DNA of 62,715 nucleotides, filler included, from Globobulimina sp. (lineage: Eukaryota): the NCBI GenBank assembly GCA_003354225.1. It is 47 parts of 47 records of this genome, joined end to end, with 100 filler letters (N's around TTAATTAATTAA, not from the genome) between each part and the next. Parts side by side here need not be neighbours in the genome. Positions count along the whole stretch, not along the records: positions 1 to 1,237 come from PIVH01020360.1; positions 1,338 to 2,574 come from PIVH01020361.1; positions 2,675 to 3,911 come from PIVH01020362.1; positions 4,012 to 5,248 come from PIVH01020363.1; positions 5,349 to 6,585 come from PIVH01020364.1; positions 6,686 to 7,922 come from PIVH01020365.1; positions 8,023 to 9,259 come from PIVH01020366.1; positions 9,360 to 10,596 come from PIVH01020367.1; 39 more parts are not named here. One strand, written 5' to 3'. Under the pieces are notes generated by a model. It was not told the DNA's origin. It ran no database searches and worked only from the letters and a program-made list of their open reading frames with translations. Shown piece by piece: positions 1-12,033 of this stretch. Made by a program: the position numbers and the translations under genes. Every line of letters begins with the position of its first letter. Positions within the stretch are counted from its first letter, which is position 1.

Positions 1-91
1 ACAAAAATAATTGTTACAATGCAATGAGAGAAACAATAACGAATAAAAAAAAAATATATATATTGTAAATTAATTTCATATATTAACTTAT

Positions 92-826
92 TTAATTATT
101 ATACCGATACAACATCTTAGTTTGTTTTGAATAATCAGCATCATTAATTATTACATTTTGCACATTTTGAATATAGAATGATTCCTCAGTCAATGGGCTG
201 GTTGGGATATAATCAGACACTCCGTCGCTCGTATTTGACGATGAGGAGTCTGAATTAATTTCTATTTCTTCGTCATAATCATCAGAAAAAGTATCATCAA
301 TATATTCAATCTCTATGGCTTGGCTAAGAACCTCTAATTTTAATTTGGGTCCATCATCAAAACATAAGTCGACGTCGTGTTTTTTGCTTGCTTCATCGCA
401 TTGGGTCACGATTAGATCGTATTCATTTCGATTGCTATGGGTTGATGGTACTGTGACTGTGTTGATTTGTATGCCGTGTGTAATCATTGTATGAGTTTGT
501 GGATCGACATTGAATGTATTGATTTCTGGTTTATTGTGGATGATAGGTGTTGTAAACTGCTCAATATGGTGGATTGGACTGCCATGGTAATTATACGGTG
601 TAATACCACTAGTTTGGTGAGAGATATCCATTGGAATTGGCTTGGGTACACTTATGTCGTTGGCTGGAATGGATGGGGAAGAAAAGTCGTGTAGCCCACA
701 CATGATGTTAGTCCAAGTGTTGTGTACCCATTCGAGAACTGTGTCTGCCATTTTAGATCGAGGAGGGTGCTTTTGATGTTGTTCGCGGATGGTTCTAGTA
801 CTTGCAGCTTTTGATGTTTTCAGCAA
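92..826 (-). CDS. Hypothetical protein with acidic C-terminus (first ATG at 751)
   Basis: 244-codon ORF in AT-rich DNA with a D/E/S-rich tail; no recognisable family motif. Confidence 0.4.
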   Translation of the reverse strand: MLKTSKAASTRTIREQHQKHPPRSKMADTVLEWVHNTWTNIMCGLHDFSSPSIPANDISVPKPIPMDISHQTSGITPYNYHGSPIHHIEQFTTPIIHNKPEINTFNVDPQTHTMITHGIQINTVTVPSTHSNRNEYDLIVTQCDEASKKHDVDLCFDDGPKLKLEVLSQAIEIEYIDDTFSDDYDEEIEINSDSSSSNTSDGVSDYIPTSPLTEESFYIQNVQNVIINDADYSKQTKMLYRYNN

Positions 827-1237
827 ACTAAAAACTGAAATGAATATTTGTGAATGAAATAATTGACAAGAATGTAATATAATGGATTATGGTGCTAAAG
901 GTGGGGAATAACAATAAATTATGAGCTCAGAAATAACAATACATTATTTCCAGCCAATACATATTAAATATAATACCGAATTATTAATGACGCAACAATA
1001 ACAGACTTAGCATTTGTTGGTTCATGTGTTGGAATTAGTTGTTGTTTGTTAACGTCTTAGCCTTTTACACCGTGCTTTTTTTTTTGGCCTTTTAGGTGCT
1101 GTATGTTTTAATTGTATGGATTCAAAAGATTTTTCCAATAAATGTACATGGCGAATATTCATTTTCCACTGATTACCTTTCTTCATATCAAAATAAATGG
1201 ACTATTTCTTCAAAGTAAAATGATTTTATTATTTCAA

Positions 1238-1337
1238 NNNNNNNNNNNNNNNNNNNNNNNNNNNNNNNNNNNNNNNNNNNNTTAATTAATTAANNNNNNN
1301 NNNNNNNNNNNNNNNNNNNNNNNNNNNNNNNNNNNNN
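1238..1337. other. Artificial contig-joining linker N44-TTAATTAATTAA-N44 (first of 46 identical copies, last at 61381-61480)
   Basis: Identical 100-nt unit recurs every ~1336 nt. The 12-mer gives stops in all six frames. Intervening segments decrease monotonically in length (1237, 1236, 1235 bp). Confidence 0.99.
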
Positions 1338-2313
1338 TTGTTAATATCCGATTATAATTTATAAAATAATAAAAAAAGGAGCAATCACCATTCAGATCAA
1401 AAACAAGCACTCCGTTAATAACAAAAATAAATTCTGAAATGTGTTCGATGCCAACCACGCCGGCATTAAATCATCCAACACCATCATCCACAGAAGAAGT
1501 GGATGATGACTGTTATTGTTACAATAAATGAATAAAAGTAGTTTTGTTTAGCTCTCTTTTTTGTGCTGTGATGTGTGCAAATTTGTGTTTTGTAAATACC
1601 AAAACTAAAAAGGATGTTTGTATTTTGGTTTTTTTATATTAGTCGTCATCTCAGAAATATGCAAAATTGAATTCGAAACGATTTAATACTGTCAAATATC
1701 TGACATGCGATTAAAAATTATATTAAATTATTAATTACCAAAATATACATTTAGTCTTTTTAGTTTTAGTAAGTTTGTTTTGAATAATATATATTGATTA
1801 TATTTAGTTGTTACTTTATGATCGAATATTATATTGTGTTGTATTTATCATTTTTGATTTAGCTTTAAGTTATTTTATAAAATGTATTCTATTGTTATTC
1901 GATCAGTTTGTTTGTGTTTTGTGTATTTTATTGATTCAGTTTTAACGAAAACTCGCGTGGAATCAATCTGTTGTCTTTCTTTTGTGTGTTATTCCGTTTA
2001 CTTGTGTATTGATTGTGTTTTTCTATATTTTTTTTAGGGTCGTGGCTGTTTATCCCATGTGTGTCTTGACGTGTAATATCATTTGTTACTTTAATTAAAC
2101 CTTTTTGTCCGATTTTAGAAAGACTCTGATTTCATAACTTCACGAAACGTATTTGGTATGCAAATCACGAAAAGTACTGTATATCTGCTATAAAAGATTT
2201 ATGCAAATCACGAAAAGTACTTTCAGAAGAATCTGCACCAGTTATCAACAAAGCACTATTCAATCAGATATTTTTGTTAATTTATTCTTGTGGCCTTAAT
2301 TTCAATGCATTTT

Positions 2314-2574
2314 CTAACAGTTCAGCAACGCAATGACTTGTTTAACATTATATTCCGTTAAACCAATTTTATCATCAGTTTGTACAAAATGATTATCCAT
2401 AAATATTTTGCAATGTTTTAGTATTAAATCTCTTGAGTCATACAATGGTTTATTCAATGGACTGTCGTCTAAGGCACACCAATTGTTTATTGTATAATGA
2501 GTCGTGTTAAATTTAATAAATTGTTCAATCTCAAATGCCCGTGGTTTATCATAAATTCTTGGAGTGTCAACAAT
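2314..2574 (-). CDS. HAD-superfamily phosphatase, Swiss-Army-knife RNA-repair type (HAD_SAK_2-like), C-terminal half; not in ORF track
   Basis: Hand translation: IVDTPRIYDKPRAFEIEQFIK...NNWCALDDS...NHFVQTDDKIGLTEYNVKQVIALLNC*. Matches the TP..R..EI / W.AIDD / HFV.TD...GLT pattern of this family. Confidence 0.7.
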   Translation of the reverse strand: MVDTPRIYDKPRAFEIEQFIKFNTTHYTINNWCALDDSPLNKPLYDSRDLILKHCKIFMDNHFVQTDDKIGLTEYNVKQVIALLNC

Positions 2575-2674
2575 NNNNNNNNNNNNNNNNNNNNNNNNNN
2601 NNNNNNNNNNNNNNNNNNTTAATTAATTAANNNNNNNNNNNNNNNNNNNNNNNNNNNNNNNNNNNNNNNNNNNN

Positions 2675-2863
2675 ACCCCACTCCCCTCCCCAGGTTGATA
2701 AGTTGTATACATTTTATTCAATTATCTGAGAAACGCTTTGCTATATAGGTTTGTCTTAAGCTTGGGTTTGTTATCTGTTTATAACTTTGTCTTTGGTTTG
2801 CAAATCGAGAGCAAAGTCAGAACAAATTTATAATTGAACCAAATGTATACAAAGGGGGTTATC
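2675..2863 (-). repeat. Dispersed MITE-like repeat copy (inverted relative to 43791-43920, with ~55 nt internal insertion)
   Basis: 2697-2741 gataagttgtatacattttattcaattatctgagaaacgctttgc and 2797-2863 ...caaagtcagaacaaatttataattgaa...gtatacaaagggggttatc match the reverse complement of 43790-43916. Confidence 0.85.
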
Positions 2864-3154
2864 TTTTAGAAACTGGATTACTAACTAAAGTCTTGAGGAT
2901 GACATTATTAATTTGTGTGTTAGTTCTTGTTGTGGCGAATATCATATCCTTGCACTCAGTGGTCACAATCAAAACAATTCGAATTGTAATACTGTACAGG
3001 GCCACATATTCATAATATATCATACGACAAAACAAAAATGTCTGATCCCAAAACCGTAAACTAAGTGATCTAAGTCTTCCATTCTGAATCGTGACCTAAC
3101 AACTCATCAATCAGAGACAGAGTGGATATACTTACTCACCACTCAGCGCATATA

Positions 3155-3652
3155 TTATTTGTGTAAGCTATGAAAGACATACCTAAATTTACAGTCTTTT
3201 ACTAAACAATTTGTAAATTCATATTTTGTAAGTAATTCTGTTTTAATTTGATTAAATTCGTTTGAATGTATTGCTAATAAATGATGAAAATCATCCAATA
3301 ATTTAACACCATAAATATTTAAACAAAAATTAGTCCATTCTTTCACTGATTTATTCCCATTTTTATAATATTTTAACGCAAATGATAGTCGTTGTAAATG
3401 TTGACAATTACGGATAATATTATTATCATTATTGTTTTTTTTGTGATTACAATTCACTGCATTTTCTACAAAGAGAATTTCTGCGAATAAATTTATATCA
3501 AAAACAACATCATTAATAATATCCGACGGCACCGGTATAATATCTGTATTTTCCATCAATAACTCGCCGTATAAGCTTGTATCACATGATGATGATTCAC
3601 ATGCCACATCCAATATAATTAACTGATAATTCATTACGAATACGCGTCCCAT
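3155..3652 (-). CDS. Exon of a lineage-specific multigene family protein (C..H..II.NC.HL.R...AL.YY motif)
   Basis: Motif NCQHLQRLSFALKYY is shared with the 30752-31016 ORF. Also contains LLDDFHHLL and CxxxxC. Probable AG|GTATGT donor at 3182. Confidence 0.6.
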   Translation of the reverse strand: MGRVFVMNYQLIILDVACESSSCDTSLYGELLMENTDIIPVPSDIINDVVFDINLFAEILFVENAVNCNHKKNNNDNNIIRNCQHLQRLSFALKYYKNGNKSVKEWTNFCLNIYGVKLLDDFHHLLAIHSNEFNQIKTELLTKYEFTNCLVKDCKFRYVFHSLHK

Positions 3653-4011
3653 AAAATGATGATACTAAGTTCTTTACATCATCTTCATCAAATGATTCCG
3701 TCCTAGATTCGTCATTATCTGATTCGTCATTATCTGATGCATCAATTGCCTTTGTGTACATGTCAATTGACGCTTTGGTGTTATTTTGGGAATGTCCGAA
3801 ACCAATAAATGTGAATCCATAACTTGGCGCTGGAGTTTGTTGACTTGGTGCTGTGGTTGGATGCGTAGTATTTGCTGTGGGTTTTACTGTGGGATTTACT
3901 GTGTGATTTACNNNNNNNNNNNNNNNNNNNNNNNNNNNNNNNNNNNNNNNNNNNNTTAATTAATTAANNNNNNNNNNNNNNNNNNNNNNNNNNNNNNNNN
4001 NNNNNNNNNNN

Positions 4012-4547
4012 CCTTCCCTATCAAGAGAACCTAAAATGGATGGTTTCTTAATTTCCATATCCATCCAATCTTTGATTGCTTGCAATGAATTAAAATTACC
4101 TTTAAATAATAGTGGTGCGGTTGGTATATTTAACTGATGTGCGATATATTTAACATCGTTGACAGAATACCATATCTTTATTGATGGATTATACACTGCA
4201 AATATATAAAAATAGGATGTTAAATTGCTATAAGAAATGCTGTGGATTGCTGTCATATTTTCACCAAATAGCATTAATTTGCTATATTGTTCTTCATAAA
4301 ATAATGGTTGGCATCGTATTAAAGCTTTGATGGTATTGAACCATGCATGTTTTGTTGGGTGTTTGTGAGTTCTCGCATATACGTTACCTTTAAATATGCA
4401 ACAATTGCCACCGTCTAATTTCTCGTGGATGCATAACTCAAATGAGCTATGACCACCAATGAATAATTTTGTGTCGCTGATAATGATGTCATCGTTGTTT
4501 ATTTGTGGGGAGAATGATAAATGTGGTATACTGGGGAACTTATCCAT
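4012..4547 (-). CDS. ATP-dependent RNA ligase (stand-alone nucleotidyltransferase domain), 3'-truncated
   Basis: N-terminal KFPSIPHLSFSP..DD, motif I HEKLDGGNC (KxDG), YARTH, motif III FGEN..AIHSI.Y, motif IIIa YFYIFAV, and motif IV REG at the contig edge. Confidence 0.88.
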
Positions 4548-4599
4548 TTTCTTATTTTTTTTCAAAAAAACTTTCCTTTATTTTTTAGGCATCGGCATA

Positions 4600-5248
4600 A
4601 TGGCATCTTGCAACGATGTATCTCCTAAAAAACAAGCACCAACAGACGTAGTCCTCGACATATCAGAAATAGCGAAAATAGACCTCCCTAATGACCAACC
4701 AGTGAACGAATGGTTATCACTGTCTGGTTTATCATCAACCTCAATAAATAAATTAATCGAAGGTGGATATACCATGGCTTTATTTGCTGTTTGTACAGAA
4801 GAGGATATTGACGAAATCGGTAAAGAATTTAATTTATCAACATCTGAAAAAGCAAAATTAAAACGTGCAGTGAATAAATTATTAGAAAATAAAACCAATA
4901 AACTCCAACTCATTGACTCTGAAGAAGGCGATGCCATCATTGGAATGCAAGAAAAAATCAATTTATTTTTAGATTCAATTAATAATATTTCAGTACGCAA
5001 CAAAGAGATAAATGGCCAACATAAAAATTGCGAAAAATTATTAAACGATACATTCAATAAAATTGAATTGCAATTAAAGGAAAGAAAAAAGGAATTATCG
5101 CAGAAATTATTGCGAATGGTACATATAAAAAATAAAATATTGTCCGTACAAAATGAATCCATTAAAAATAATTTAAACAAAGCCAATAAAATAAAAAAAG
5201 AATGTCATCGATTTTTGGATAACAAAGAGAATGAAGATATGGAGCAAC
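4600..5248 (+). CDS. SAM-domain plus coiled-coil protein, 3'-truncated
   Basis: VNEWLSLSGL...LIEGGY...TEEDIDEI...EKAKLKRAVNKL is a SAM-like pattern, followed by a heptad-rich region. Confidence 0.6.
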
Positions 5249-5348
5249 NNNNNNNNNNNNNNNNNNNNNNNNNNNNNNNNNNNNNNNNNNNNTTAATTAA
5301 TTAANNNNNNNNNNNNNNNNNNNNNNNNNNNNNNNNNNNNNNNNNNNN

Positions 5349-6508
5349 AAATTAACCAATACCCGCGGCTCCAGTCCATATTTCTCAAAATATGAGTTAT
5401 CCACTGCTTGGAAGGTGTGCAACAATGAATTGTCCGGATGCTGGTCCATATTACGAATGCCTGGCGACCGATAAGTGTCCAGTGCCGCAATCCGATCCCC
5501 TCGATGCAATATCGACATTTGTTTAGCAGCCTGGTCCGCGCTGTTATTTTGTATATTAAATGTCTTATCCGCTGTTATTTTGCTATAACGCGCATCCAAT
5601 TCAATTTTGTCACTGTCAATGTCATTATTAGCGATGGCGCGGTCCAATTCGCCTCGCGATACATACGCCTCCTCCTTCAACAAGTCCTCGTGGCTCTTAT
5701 TGCTGATAATACTGTCAAACGAAGCCAGTAATTCTTTTTTATTCTGCAACGTTTCATAATTGCTCGGCCGCGGCGCATCGACAAACTCATAGCCGTATGG
5801 TTTGCTGTCCTGTTCAAACTGCAACATATTGGCATACTGATCATTAAATTGCTGCGCCAATTCGTGCCCACGCTCAATATATTCTTTCTGTGCCTGTTTC
5901 CATGAGATGCCCAATCCTTTGCCAATGGCACGACATTCCGTATACACCACGTTCTTGCGCTGCACCGCCGATTTAAATTTGGTGTCCGCCAACGCAGAGC
6001 GACGGGTGTAATGATTTAACGCCGTTTGTTTGGCACTTAATTCTTTGGTATAACGTTGTGTCACCGACACAAAATCATCGAAAGTATTGTCTTGTTTCGC
6101 CATCTTCTCTTCGTACAATTTGCGCTGCGCCACGTAATAATCAATGGTGGCCGCAGTGCGATTCGTGGTGGGATTCTTTTGAATTTTCTTGAATTCTGCG
6201 CTGCGGCTTTCGTGCAACATTCGTAGCTCAACTACCTCAGACTCGTACTGTTGGATTAAGCGGTCTACGTTGCGTATTCTGCAGCGATACCGCTCAATCA
6301 TCGCCAATAAGTCCTCAATTTCAACTTCGTACTCTGCCTTTTTACGCACGTTTACTTCATGGCATAACGTGGTCAATTCTGATAATAAAGCTACAGTATG
6401 TTCTAATTTGTTGTGTGCATTTTGCAACGATTCAACAGCTGTTGATGTGTATGCCTGTGTGCTTACTACACCACAACTCACTGCACCAAAGCAATGAGTA
6501 ACTAGCAA
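5349..6508 (-). CDS. Large coiled-coil hypothetical protein, partial; GC-richer than most contigs
   Basis: About 385 uninterrupted codons with helical heptads; no introns and no family motif. Confidence 0.6.
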
Positions 6509-8022
6509 CCCCTTCGAAGCAAGCCAAGGCAGCCGTGACTAGCGACAGTGCGAGCGCACTGTACTGTAAGGTATGCAGAATCTGCNNNNNNNNNNNNNNN
6601 NNNNNNNNNNNNNNNNNNNNNNNNNNNNNTTAATTAATTAANNNNNNNNNNNNNNNNNNNNNNNNNNNNNNNNNNNNNNNNNNNNCTGTACATAACTGGT
6701 AGTCGCATAAATCCTTGCCTTGAGTCAATGTTACAATTTGATTGTAGAACTCTTTTAATTGTGAGTGACTACATTTGTACCGTATATTTGGCAAATCATA
6801 GATGCTCATTATAACTTTGTGTGTTTGACTCTGTTTGATTCTTTCTAATTGCATTTGCTGCATAATGTTTAACATCTGATTTGTTGACAACATTTTAACT
6901 TTTATAGCAGAAACTTGACGTGCTTTATTAAATATACACGGCCGTATCTTTGCGAATGTACAACCGTGACTCTTTATGAACTTTTCAATTTAACGTGCAC
7001 ACCGACGATGCTTTAAGTACTTTATGTATGCGTGTAATTTATGTTTACAATGACGATACTTTACGTACTCTTTACATGCGTGTGACGTTTGGACTTAATG
7101 ACGACAGAAATTTATTTTATTTTATGCAGCTCGCCTGCCGAACAAATGAGAATTGTAATAGCCGATTGTATAATCCAACTATTAACAAAATTGAGAAAAT
7201 GTAGTGATGACGCACAACACTACGAATTAGAAACCTTTTTTGGAGATCAATTAAATTATGTGCCTCTATGTTTTCGTATTTTTTACGACAAACGGAACAC
7301 TTTATTTATATCTGAGCCTTTTGCTACTTGCGTTGTTTTATCTTATCTCCTTTATTGAGTCCGATGTGTAGTCTTTTATGCTAAAATTTATCTATTTGTA
7401 GCACTACCATCTGCCGACTTTATTGTTTCTTTCTTTCTTTATGTTGACGTGTGTCTTCACACTAACAACTCTTATTTCTTATTTATTTTATGAATGTACT
7501 GTGTAGTTTGTGTTCTTTATTGCACCTTTACACACGTACTTTATTATTTGTTGAAGCTATTATTTAGCCTCGGTCACCAAATGTCGAGCTGGCCGTATAA
7601 TAAACTCGACGTTGAGCTAGAGCAAAGTAGACGACACGAGCGTTCGGTTAGAAAACTTTACTTTAAACTGAAGACAAAGCTCAGGAGTGAGCGAACGCAA
7701 TACACAGGAAGTTCTAGAACAATCTATACTATGCAAATATCACAGCTCACGTGACATAGCGCTAAATACAAACTAAGCAGATAGTTCAATCCGAACATAG
7801 GGGTATCACGTACACGAGATCAATATACAAATAATTCAACAATCGCGGTTACCCAATGATGACCAATGAACAAGCATGGCCAAATATTCCCATGTCGATA
7901 GTACGCGAATATCAAGTACAAGNNNNNNNNNNNNNNNNNNNNNNNNNNNNNNNNNNNNNNNNNNNNTTAATTAATTAANNNNNNNNNNNNNNNNNNNNNN
8001 NNNNNNNNNNNNNNNNNNNNNN

Positions 8023-8807
8023 GATGGTGGCCGATTTGCAAATGACGGGCGACGATTTTGATTACGTGGTCGGTCATTATGCGTTTTACGAAATGGTTTA
8101 TCATCGTTTTCCTGGTCATTGTCATGCCGATGGCCATGGCCATTACCACGGCGATCCTTTTTGTACGCATTATTGTGATAATTCGTGTTGTTAGTCGGTG
8201 GTTGTCGGTGATTGGTCGATACACGATTTTTTCCATCAATATAAATGTTGAATTTTCGATCATTTTCAAATTCATTCAAATTAAATTGGTCAAATGTACA
8301 TAATAAAAATTGTATGACGCTTTTTTGTGTGGTTTCATTAAATGATTGGAGAACGGAATTATTGTCCATCAAAAAACATAATGGAACATTACTTGCCATG
8401 TATTCTTGCATCAAATCAATAATCGTGGACCAAAACATAATGACATTGTTGTATGGTTTGCGAACAAAGGGAGCGATTTTAGCGCGGAACATTTGAATGT
8501 TTGCCTGAACCATTTGAACCCATCCGATCAACATTCTGGTGAATAAACGGGAATATGGCACTGTATTCAATGCTGCCAATACAAAATCCATGGCGGCACT
8601 CCATGCATTGAGGATAAAATACAATGACAGCTTTGATTTAAATGCAGAATAAATTTCCTTCGATGTGGAACTGATATCAGATAGATTATAAGTATCAGAC
8701 ATATATTTAAGTGTGGAATGTAACAGTTTGGGGACCATAATCTCATCCGTTGCAAAGCCCGTAAAAAATTGAATGATCTCGTTTCTTGTTTTGATTTTCT
8801 TTCTCAA
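8023..8807 (-). CDS. Hypothetical protein, helical domain plus R/N/H-rich tail (possibly retroelement ORF1/gag-like), partial
   Basis: About 260 open codons; basic low-complexity C-terminus (KKDRRGNGHGHRH...RPRNQNRRP). The gag-like label is speculative. Confidence 0.45.
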
Positions 8808-9489
8808 TGCAGAATTGACTAATTATTTAATATATTTGTGTGCGTTGGGTAAAATTACTAGCTATACAACTTTTTGTATAGAAACATTGTCTTCCTTTCA
8901 AGACTATAATGTTTAGGCACTACACATATATGCGGCACCAGTTGTGTGTTCTAAAAATATCTGCAGTACACGGTTAGCTGCAGTACACGGTTTTAAAAGT
9001 GACACTTGTAGTCACGGAAAAGTATAATACCACCAGTCGAGTAACAGTTAACTTACAAACTACACAGAGAGTAAACGAAGGTAATGGAAAACACCGTACT
9101 TTTTAGGACAAAAAAGATCCAAGAATGAGAAAGGCTGTATCATTCTATGCTGCACAGAGACCCAGCTGCTGCACCGTGCATTTCCTGAAAAGCCAACCAA
9201 ACCCACCTCCGAGAAAAGTTTTAGTAAAAAGTTTTGGTTAAACGTGTCAGCAAAGTAAGNNNNNNNNNNNNNNNNNNNNNNNNNNNNNNNNNNNNNNNNN
9301 NNNTTAATTAATTAANNNNNNNNNNNNNNNNNNNNNNNNNNNNNNNNNNNNNNNNNNNNTGGTTAAAAAGGATTTGGTTTCAGAATATCCTTGCACTGCT
9401 GGAAGATGGTGGTTCCATTATCACCATTCTAAAAAAACTGAAACGAAATCCTTTCGAACCATTCTACAGGGAAAGTAACTGAAGATATT

Positions 9490-10346
9490 ATGAATGAGTA
9501 TATGGACAAACTAGCAAATTCAAGCAATGCTACGTTGCATGTTGTAATTAGTAATTTGACGGAGGAATATGATATTGTATTAAGCAGTAATTTTACAACA
9601 GATAATGTGACTGCTGTTAGGTTGGAAGCTATGTTTGAGAGTGAATTGGAAACAGAATTAATAAGTACGTCAATCTGTTTTTTGTTGTTTGTGTTTCTGA
9701 TAATTAATATTAATAATTGTGTTATGTAGAAAAACTTAACGCAAACAATGGTTCAATCACGATTCAGAATATTCAGATTGAAGTGACTGTTATTGATCGT
9801 TCGATAGATAGCGAAGTGGAGCCGGATGTAATTAGCACACAAAGCCAACAAACTACGGAAACTGCGCTGGTTTCTCTGCAAAAGGATAATATGCAGTTAA
9901 TATGGTTTATCGTCATTGTAAGTGGTTTTGTAATGTTTTGCATATTTATGATTGGTTTTTTTATCGGTGTCAAATGCAATTTTCGGCCTAAAAAAATAGA
10001 ATCTAGACCAATTCGCGTAAAATCAAATGCAAACAGTGAGGATAATGTACGTATGTATGCAATGCCGGTAGATAAAGAAAAGGAGGTTTTAAATATAAGA
10101 AATACGATGTTGGAAGTTTTGGGAACACCGTCTGGGATAAATGTACAGGCAGTGAATAATAATATAATTCATATTCACTTAAATCAATCCGATAATATGG
10201 ATGAAAATGATGATGAGGATGATGAGGATGAGGATATGTATAATGATGAAAATACTAACAGTAAATATAGCAAATTATATACAAATATGACACAGCAAAT
10301 AACAGAGGGAACTGTTCCTGTTCGTATTCCATATTATCGCAATTGA
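9490..10346 (+). CDS. Single-pass type I membrane protein, 3' part; intron 9665-9729
   Basis: A 65-nt GTACGT...TAG intron joins ORFs 9490 and 9717 in frame. TM helix LIWFIVIVSGFVMFCIFMIGFFIGV followed by an acidic tail. Confidence 0.7.
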
Positions 10347-10696
10347 ATTTGTACGTTCTTTTTTGCTTTGTTTTGTAAAAGTGTTTTTTTTTTCTCTTTT
10401 ATATCTTTCTTATGTATCATGTATGTTTTATTGTGAATTTTGCTTTATTTTGGATGAAATTTGTAATGTTGTTGATCAAATAAACATACGTATACTTATA
10501 AACTGTTGACTTTGTGATCTTTCTTTTGTTATTATGCCCTTTTTTTGTGTGTCTTATTTTTGTTTTATTAGATATGTTTAATTTTTTTTTTTATGCNNNN
10601 NNNNNNNNNNNNNNNNNNNNNNNNNNNNNNNNNNNNNNNNTTAATTAATTAANNNNNNNNNNNNNNNNNNNNNNNNNNNNNNNNNNNNNNNNNNNN

Positions 10697-11898
10697 CCAA
10701 ATTATTAAACTTAACAGACACAGAATTGGATAAATTAATACCACAGAAACATATATGCAACGCATTTAAAAGAAAAATAAATCAAAAAAAAGATGAAGCG
10801 ATATCGAATGTAAATGTTTCTGATGACTTGAAACAAGACAACAACATGGACTGTCATGACAATATTATGGGATTACAGAATTTGGGGGCAACGTGCTATT
10901 TAAACTCAGCAATTCAGGCATTATTAAGCTCAAAAGAGTTTGCCGAGTATTTCCGTAACTCACCGCCAGATATAATTAATGCTCAGAACAAATTACTGCG
11001 ACATTGGATTGAGTTATGTCAACAGACAGCATCAACAAAGAAATGCAGGGCATTTTCACCACGTAAATTTCGCAATTGTTTATCTAAAATTGCTCATCGA
11101 TGGGGTAATGGTGGTCAGGATGATTCGTGGTTTGTTTTGTTCAGTATTCTGCAAGTACTTGACATACAAATTAGTGATGAACAACAGTTGTGTGAATTAG
11201 TGGATAAACACAAGTATGAATTCAATAAAGAGATAGTTATTGATAACAATGAGAACGAGTCAACGTTATATGACTACGGTGAAGAAATATTAATGAATAA
11301 ATTTATGTCTCTTTATAATCCCAATGAATATAATATTGTTCGAAAAGTATTTGATGGAATATTCTGTGAAGAATCAACTTGTGCGCAATGTGGATATTGT
11401 CAGAAAAAATATACTCCACTTCGATTTATTAGATTAGCATTAAAATCATCGATTGTCACGTTGCATGATATACATATTTATATTCCTGGCATTGAGAAAT
11501 TCAAAAATCAACCATTTGCATTGAAAAAATGTGAGTTATTGGGTTATTGCAATATTGTTACGTTGAAATATAAAATCCAACAATATATTTATTCAACATT
11601 ATCAATTAAAATTCAATTTAAAGATATTGAAATCGGTACATTCAAATATTCCAAGTCCAAAAATATTAATAAAACAGTACAATTTATGACTGATATGGAT
11701 ACCTGCAATGACTTAACTAATAATACATTTGCTGTCGTATCATTGCAGTTGGACAATGAAGAAAAATCAAATTTGCAGAGGACTCAACCAATAATGTTGA
11801 TACATTTTGAAATAACCAATGAGCATCATATTAATAAAGATTTTTCGATTGAATTTCAGAATATAGCTCCAGGAACAAAAATTGATCAAGTTCAGTAA
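10697..11898 (+). CDS. Ubiquitin-specific protease (peptidase C19), N-terminal part
   Basis: Cys box GLQNLGATCYLNSAIQAL, FSPRKF, divergent QD box (GQDDSWFVL), and VFDG...TCAQC zinc-ribbon half. Confidence 0.9.
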
Positions 11899-12033
11899 CT
11901 TTGTTTCATTTATTTCTGGACTTGTGTGATAATNNNNNNNNNNNNNNNNNNNNNNNNNNNNNNNNNNNNNNNNNNNNTTAATTAATTAANNNNNNNNNNN
12001 NNNNNNNNNNNNNNNNNNNNNNNNNNNNNNNNN

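Noticed and set aside
2157-2221. 22-nt direct repeat TATGCAAATCACGAAAAGTACT with a 21-nt spacer as a mini-CRISPR
   Set aside because: Only two copies, eukaryotic intergenic context, no cas genes; a simple local duplication.
2314-4547. HAD phosphatase plus RNA ligase as an RNA-repair operon
   Set aside because: Separated by two artificial linkers; the proximity is accidental.
6686-7922. Short ORFs and a ~48-nt imperfect duplication (about 7004-7100) as functional genes
   Set aside because: Frames are interrupted by stops and have no recognisable motif; probably decayed coding or TE sequence that I cannot assign.
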